Shown: positions 40,301 to 44,203 of the stretch, one piece after another
Layout of the letters: every line of letters starts with the position of its first letter
Numbering within the stretch: the first letter of the stretch is position 1
Source: an uncultured Candidatus Saccharibacteria bacterium
GTDB taxonomy: Bacteria; Patescibacteriota; Minisyncoccia; Phycocordibacterales; CSBR16-119
Assembly: GCA_964606255.1 (NCBI GenBank)
Contig: CAZSFS010000002.1
Coordinates: forward strand, 1-44,203
Direction of reading: 5' to 3'
DNA: 44,203 nucleotides
Notes under the pieces: generated by a model
Database searches by the model: none
What the model was told of the DNA's origin: nothing
What the model saw: only the letters and a program-made list of their open reading frames with translations
Position numbers and translations under genes: made by a program

Positions 40301-40989
40301 AAGTATTTGATATTCGCGACGAAGGCAAAGATAAGATCATCAAAGTTCTGTCTGATTCAAAAGGTGACAAGCCTGCCCGGCCAGGGAAAGATAACGAAAT
40401 GGAATATGTTATCCCATTCCGCCGAACTGCTGTCGTTAAAAAAGGCGACAAAGTAAAGAAAGGTCAACTTCTAACTGATGGTTCTGCGAAGATTAATGAA
40501 ATCTTTGCTTACGGTGGAAAAGAATTGGCCGAAAACTACATCATTGACGAGATCAACAAAGTTTACGAACTTCAGGGTGCTCCAATCGGACGCAAACACT
40601 TGGAAATCATCGTTCGTCAAATGTTCTCTCGAAAGAAAGTTCTTGATCCGGGTGACACGATGTTTTCTCCAGGCGAAGTCGTTGAACACGTTGAATTCGA
40701 AAAAGAAAACGAGATTATCAAGAACGAAGGTGGTAAACCGGCAACTGGCGAGTTCATTGTTCGTGGTATTACCGACGTGTCTTTGACCACAAAATCATGG
40801 CTATCTGCTGCGTCATTCCAAAACACTAACCGCGTTCTTATCAACAACGCTATTAAAGGTGGCGTTGATAACTTGCGAGGTCTAAAAGAAAACGTCATCA
40901 TTGGTCGTCTAATTCCAGCTGGAACAGGTTTGCGCGGCGAATACAAACATCTAGACAAGGACGAATTTGGTGAAGAAGCTGTTTTTTAG
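37348..40989 (+). CDS. rpoC: DNA-directed RNA polymerase subunit beta'
   Basis: The Zn finger '[23 protein letters not shown]' is present, along with '[15 protein letters not shown]', the catalytic '[11 protein letters not shown]' and '[25 protein letters not shown]'. Confidence 0.97.
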   Translation: [1213 protein letters not shown]

Positions 40990-41034
40990 ATAAAACTAGA
41001 AAACAGATTAAAAATCTAATAATATAAGGAAATG

Positions 41035-41117
41035 ATCCCGATAGTGATCGCGGTCGCTTTCGGGAAACGGACCGACATTGATTAATTTTAAAGACCGCGA
41101 CCTATCACTATCGGGAT
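41035..41117 (+). promoter_or_regulatory. Long inverted repeat (~20-bp arms) between rpoC and dnaG; its 3' arm covers the dnaG start codon
   Basis: ATCCCGATAGTGATCGCGGTC (41035-41055) pairs with GACCGCGA(CCT)ATCACTATCGGGAT (41093-41117). The dnaG ATG is at 41116. Confidence 0.6.
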
Positions 41118-42825
41118 GACCCCTGTTGAACAAATCAAAGATCGGTTGAACATTGTCGACGTTGTGTCGATGTATGTGACTCTTTCACCTGCGGGTAAAA
41201 ATCTGAAGGGTAAATCGCCATTTACAAACGAACGAACTCCGTCGTTTTTTGTGGCACCTGACAAAGGCTTGTATCACTGTTTTTCGACAGGCAAGGGCGG
41301 AGATATTTTTACCTTTGTTCAAGAAATGGAGGGCTTGGATTTCCGGGGCGCGCTCAAAGTCTTGGCTGAGCGCGCCGGAGTCAAGCTTGGACCCGTAGAT
41401 GTCAAAGTAAGTGAACTTCGTGATCGGTTGTATGATTTGACAGAAAAAGCCACACAGGTATTTGAAGAAGCTCTGGCGAATAACGAAGAAGCGAAACAAT
41501 ATCTACGTGATAGAGGTGTCGAAGATCACGTAATTCGTGACTTTCGTATTGGATATGTACCAGGAACTTGGCGACATTTGTACGATGCTCTCAAGAAAGA
41601 TTTTTCTGACGAGGATATTGTGATCGGAGGGCTTGGTAAGAAAAGCGAGAAAGGGATTTATGATACTTTTCGTGATCGAATCATGTTTCCGATTATGGAT
41701 TCTGCTGGAAGACCGATCGCTTTTTCTGGAAGGATTCTTCACGATGATGGCAAGTCGGGCAAATATGTAAACTCACCTGATACGCCGCTCTTTAACAAAT
41801 CTGACGTGCTTTTTGGTCTTGATAAAGCCAAGAATTTCATTCGCAAATATAATTTCACAACTTTGGTCGAAGGACAATTTGACGTTGTAATGATGCATCA
41901 GGCCGGATTTCGAAATACTGTTGGAGTCTCCGGAACAGCTTTGTCTGATCAACTTGTTGGCGCAAACGGAGTAAACAATTTGGGGCTCGTCAAAAGACTT
42001 TCAAATAATTTGATTCTGGCTTTTGATGCTGACTCGGCTGGAATCAAAGCGGCTAAGCGTTCAGCGCATATCGCTCTTACACTTGGTATGGATGTAAAAG
42101 TCGTTGCAATTCCTGGCGCTAAAGATCCGGCCGAATTTATAAAATCTTCTGGTAAAGATGCTTGGAGTGCTCTCTTGCGTGAAGCCAAACACATTATTGA
42201 ATTCGAAACAGATAAAATAAAAGAAACCGCCAAAGACGATAGAGATTTGGGAAATAAAATACGCGCAGAGGTTCTACCGGAAATTGCTATCCTCGGTAGT
42301 CAAATCGAAAAATCATATTTTATCAAAAAAGTTTCTGAAATGACCGGACTCCCCGAAGGGGCGATGTGGCAAGATCTAGAGAAAATAAATATTCCAAACC
42401 AAGAAAATTTAGATATCAAAGAAAAGACAAAACAAGAAATTGGTCGCACAGAAAATATTGAGCGGAAAATTATGGGGATCTATTTTACCAAGCCCGATGA
42501 AAAAAATATTGAAGTTGAACTTTCAAAAATTATAGGTGAACAGAGACTCAAAGATCTTGTTGTCAAATATGAATCAGTAAAACAAGAATTAATATTCGAA
42601 CAAGAAATGGCGGCTGATGAAGCAGGGGAGATTACTCTCCTGGAGATGCTCAAAAATCTCGAAGAAGATTATTTATCCAGAAAAATTGATGAAGTAAAGA
42701 TTAAACTAAAAAATGCCGAGAAAGAAAGTAATGATGGTGAAGCAGAAAAACTATCAGTCGAGTATCAACATTTGGTAAAAAGATTGGCCGAGATTAAAAA
42801 TAGTCGTCATATTAACAAATTTTAA
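41116..42825 (+). CDS. dnaG: DNA primase
   Basis: The Toprim/RNAP core shows 'DRIMFPIMDSAGRPIAFSGR', 'KYVNSPDTPLFNKSDVLFGL', 'LVEGQFDVVMMHQAG' and 'LILAFDADSAGIKAA'. The N-terminal finger region 'SPFTNERTPSFFV...YHCFSTGKGGD' is degenerate. Confidence 0.9.
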   Translation: MTPVEQIKDRLNIVDVVSMYVTLSPAGKNLKGKSPFTNERTPSFFVAPDKGLYHCFSTGKGGDIFTFVQEMEGLDFRGALKVLAERAGVKLGPVDVKVSELRDRLYDLTEKATQVFEEALANNEEAKQYLRDRGVEDHVIRDFRIGYVPGTWRHLYDALKKDFSDEDIVIGGLGKKSEKGIYDTFRDRIMFPIMDSAGRPIAFSGRILHDDGKSGKYVNSPDTPLFNKSDVLFGLDKAKNFIRKYNFTTLVEGQFDVVMMHQAGFRNTVGVSGTALSDQLVGANGVNNLGLVKRLSNNLILAFDADSAGIKAAKRSAHIALTLGMDVKVVAIPGAKDPAEFIKSSGKDAWSALLREAKHIIEFETDKIKETAKDDRDLGNKIRAEVLPEIAILGSQIEKSYFIKKVSEMTGLPEGAMWQDLEKINIPNQENLDIKEKTKQEIGRTENIERKIMGIYFTKPDEKNIEVELSKIIGEQRLKDLVVKYESVKQELIFEQEMAADEAGEITLLEMLKNLEEDYLSRKIDEVKIKLKNAEKESNDGEAEKLSVEYQHLVKRLAEIKNSRHINKF

Positions 42826-42839
42826 AAATAACGTATACT
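42812..42839 (+). promoter_or_regulatory. Putative rpoD promoter (TTAACA-16-TATACT), with the -10 ending 7 nt before the ATG
   Basis: TTAACA is at 42812-42817 and TATACT at 42834-42839; the ATG is at 42847. Confidence 0.45.
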
Positions 42840-42846
42840 AAACGCC

Positions 42847-44175
42847 ATGCCTAAATCTAAAAAGAAAGTTGTAAAAAAGGTCTCTAAAAAAGCCAAGAAA
42901 CCAATCAAAAAACCAATCAAGCCTGTCCGGCCAGGGAAAGTAAAAAAGGCCAAGAAACCTTTAAAGCCTGCCCGTCTGACCGGCCAGGGGCCAGGGAAAA
43001 AGGTCGTCAAGAAACCTATCAAGCCTGTCCGGCCAGGGAAAGCCATTAAAAAGGCCAAACCTGCTCCAAAGCCAAAAGTAAAAGCCGAGTCCAAGAATCC
43101 AAAAGTCATGGCCATAAAGGCCAAAATTGATGATTTGGTGACCAAAGGCAAGAAAAGAGGCTTCATCACCTATGACGAGATTTTGAAGAATTTCCCAAAT
43201 ATTGAAACCGACGTCATTATGCTCGATGATCTGTACGCGCAATTCATGGAGGCTTCGATCGATGTGATTGAGGGTGGAAATTTGCTCGACATGGATGTCA
43301 ACGACAAGAAGTCTATCGAAAAGTATTCGAAAGATAAAAAATCTCGCGACTCGATTCAGATGTATCTCAAAGAAATCGGACAGTATCCACTCATCAAAGC
43401 TTTTCAGGAAAAAGATTTGGCCAAAAGAATTGAACTTGGTGATGTCGAAGCCAAAAACTTACTTGCTCGCGCGAACTTGCGTCTCGTTGTTTCGATTGCA
43501 AAGAAATACGCTGGTCGTTCATCAGACCTGACACTTCTCGATCTTATCCAAGAAGGAAACCTCGGCCTATTTAAAGCCGTCGAAAAATTCGATTGGAAAA
43601 AAGGCTACAAATTCTCGACCTATGCGACTTGGTGGATTCGTCAATCAATCACACGTGCGCTTGCTGACCAATCTCGCACCATTCGTATTCCAGTTCACAT
43701 GGTGGAAACAATTTCCAAATATAAACAAGTTTACCGAAGACTTTTTCAAGACTTGGGACGCGAACCTCTGGCTGAAGAAATTGCAACAGAAATGGGCGTC
43801 GAAGTAGAAAAAATTCACGTTATTGAAAAGATCAGTCAGACCACGGCGTCACTTGAAAAACCAATTGGTGATGACGAAGACAAATCGACCCTCGGTGAAT
43901 TTATTGCTGATGACAAAATCATGCGACCGGATCAAGAATCTGCTCAGCGAATTCTTTCTGACCAAATCAGAGAAGTTCTAAACGAGCTCACTCCAAAAGA
44001 AAAGAAAATTCTTGAGATGCGCTATGGACTCGAAGATGGTATTCAGCATACACTCGAAGAAGTCGGTCACGAATTCGGTGTTACTCGCGAACGTATTCGA
44101 CAAATCGAAGCCAAAGTCCATGAAAAACTTCGTTCAAACGAAAAGATCATTCGACTCCGGAATCACTTCGATTAA
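42847..44175 (+). CDS. rpoD: Primary-type sigma-70 factor with a Lys/Pro-rich polycationic N-terminal extension
   Basis: Region 1.2 is '[14 protein letters not shown]'. Region 2 is '[52 protein letters not shown]'. Region 4 is '[23 protein letters not shown]'. The first ~85 aa are K/P/V/A repeats ([11 protein letters not shown]). Confidence 0.93.
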   Translation: MPKSKKKVVKKVSKKAKKPIKKPIKPVRPGKVKKAKKPLKPARLTGQGPGKKVVKKPIKPVRPGKAIKKAKPAPKPKVKAESKNPKVMAIKAKIDDLVTKGKKRGFITYDEILKNFPNIETDVIMLDDLYAQFMEASIDVIEGGNLLDMDVNDKKSIEKYSKDKKSRDSIQMYLKEIGQYPLIKAFQEKDLAKRIELGDVEAKNLLARANLRLVVSIAKKYAGRSSDLTLLDLIQEGNLGLFKAVEKFDWKKGYKFSTYATWWIRQSITRALADQSRTIRIPVHMVETISKYKQVYRRLFQDLGREPLAEEIATEMGVEVEKIHVIEKISQTTASLEKPIGDDEDKSTLGEFIADDKIMRPDQESAQRILSDQIREVLNELTPKEKKILEMRYGLEDGIQHTLEEVGHEFGVTRERIRQIEAKVHEKLRSNEKIIRLRNHFD

Positions 44176-44203
44176 AAATCACTGTTATTAACTCCTTGCT
44201 GAA

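Noticed and set aside
42822-43169. A 115-aa minus-strand ORF with repeated [10 protein letters not shown] units lies opposite the rpoD 5' end.
   Set aside because: It mirrors the Lys/Pro repeat DNA of rpoD. The rpoD frame continues uninterrupted into conserved sigma regions, so the antisense ORF is a repeat artefact.
1-44203. The window might use an alternative genetic code (UGA recoded, as in some CPR lineages) or contain a CRISPR array, rRNA, IS element or integrase.
   Set aside because: All conserved genes are full length under the standard code, and TGA ends real ORFs (for example 10504 and 25107). I saw no regularly spaced direct repeats, no rRNA-like segments, and no DDE, tyrosine or serine recombinase motifs in any frame of the ORF track.

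Overview
This is a gene-dense 44.2-kb chromosomal window with about 40 protein genes and one tRNA. It is AT-rich (roughly 40% G+C by eye) and uses the standard genetic code: long ORFs stay intact and TGA acts as a stop. Gene order is: secD (5'-truncated)-secF | lemA | membrane ORF | htpX | small acidic ORF(-) | secreted protein with poly-acidic tail | nirK | frameshifted PNPOx-like gene(-) | tRNA-Ser(GGA)(-) | mscL-sod-msrB-M13 peptidase | 59-aa ORF(-) | UvrD-like helicase fused to a Cas4/AddB-like nuclease | trhO | M6-like metalloprotease(-) | pheS (mitochondrial-type, with FDX-ACB domain) | gyrB | two small ORFs(-) | rpmF | nusB-Nudix fusion-rnc | short SMC | basic ORF(-) | S11-CapA-VanY triple-fusion(-) | rnr(-) | GC-rich untranslated or small-ORF region | rpsP-khpA | membrane ORF | trmD | two membrane ORFans | rpoB-rpoC | dnaG-rpoD. 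The many domain fusions, the small rpoB, the absence of rplKAJL before rpoB and of rimM/rplS around trmD, and the monomeric-type PheRS suggest a reduced-genome bacterium, plausibly Patescibacteria/CPR. That placement is inference only. I found no rRNA, CRISPR array, transposase, integrase or recognisable defence system. The most unusual signals are these. (1) A ~120-130 nt intergenic element occurs twice (after secF and after rnc); it has an identical 3' core and stems that differ in sequence but stay complementary. (2) A GC-rich 22-mer is shared in-frame between rpoC and the N-terminus of rpoD. (3) An extended -10 box sits 6-7 nt upstream of many start codons, which implies leaderless mRNAs. 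(4) Several proteins have unusual architectures: mito-type PheRS, NusB-Nudix, hinge-less SMC, zinc-less DnaG finger, and a polycationic sigma-70 N-terminus. (5) nirK lies beside a tRNA-Ser whose 3' end is duplicated 110 bp away. All calls come from reading the sequence and translations by eye; no searches were run.
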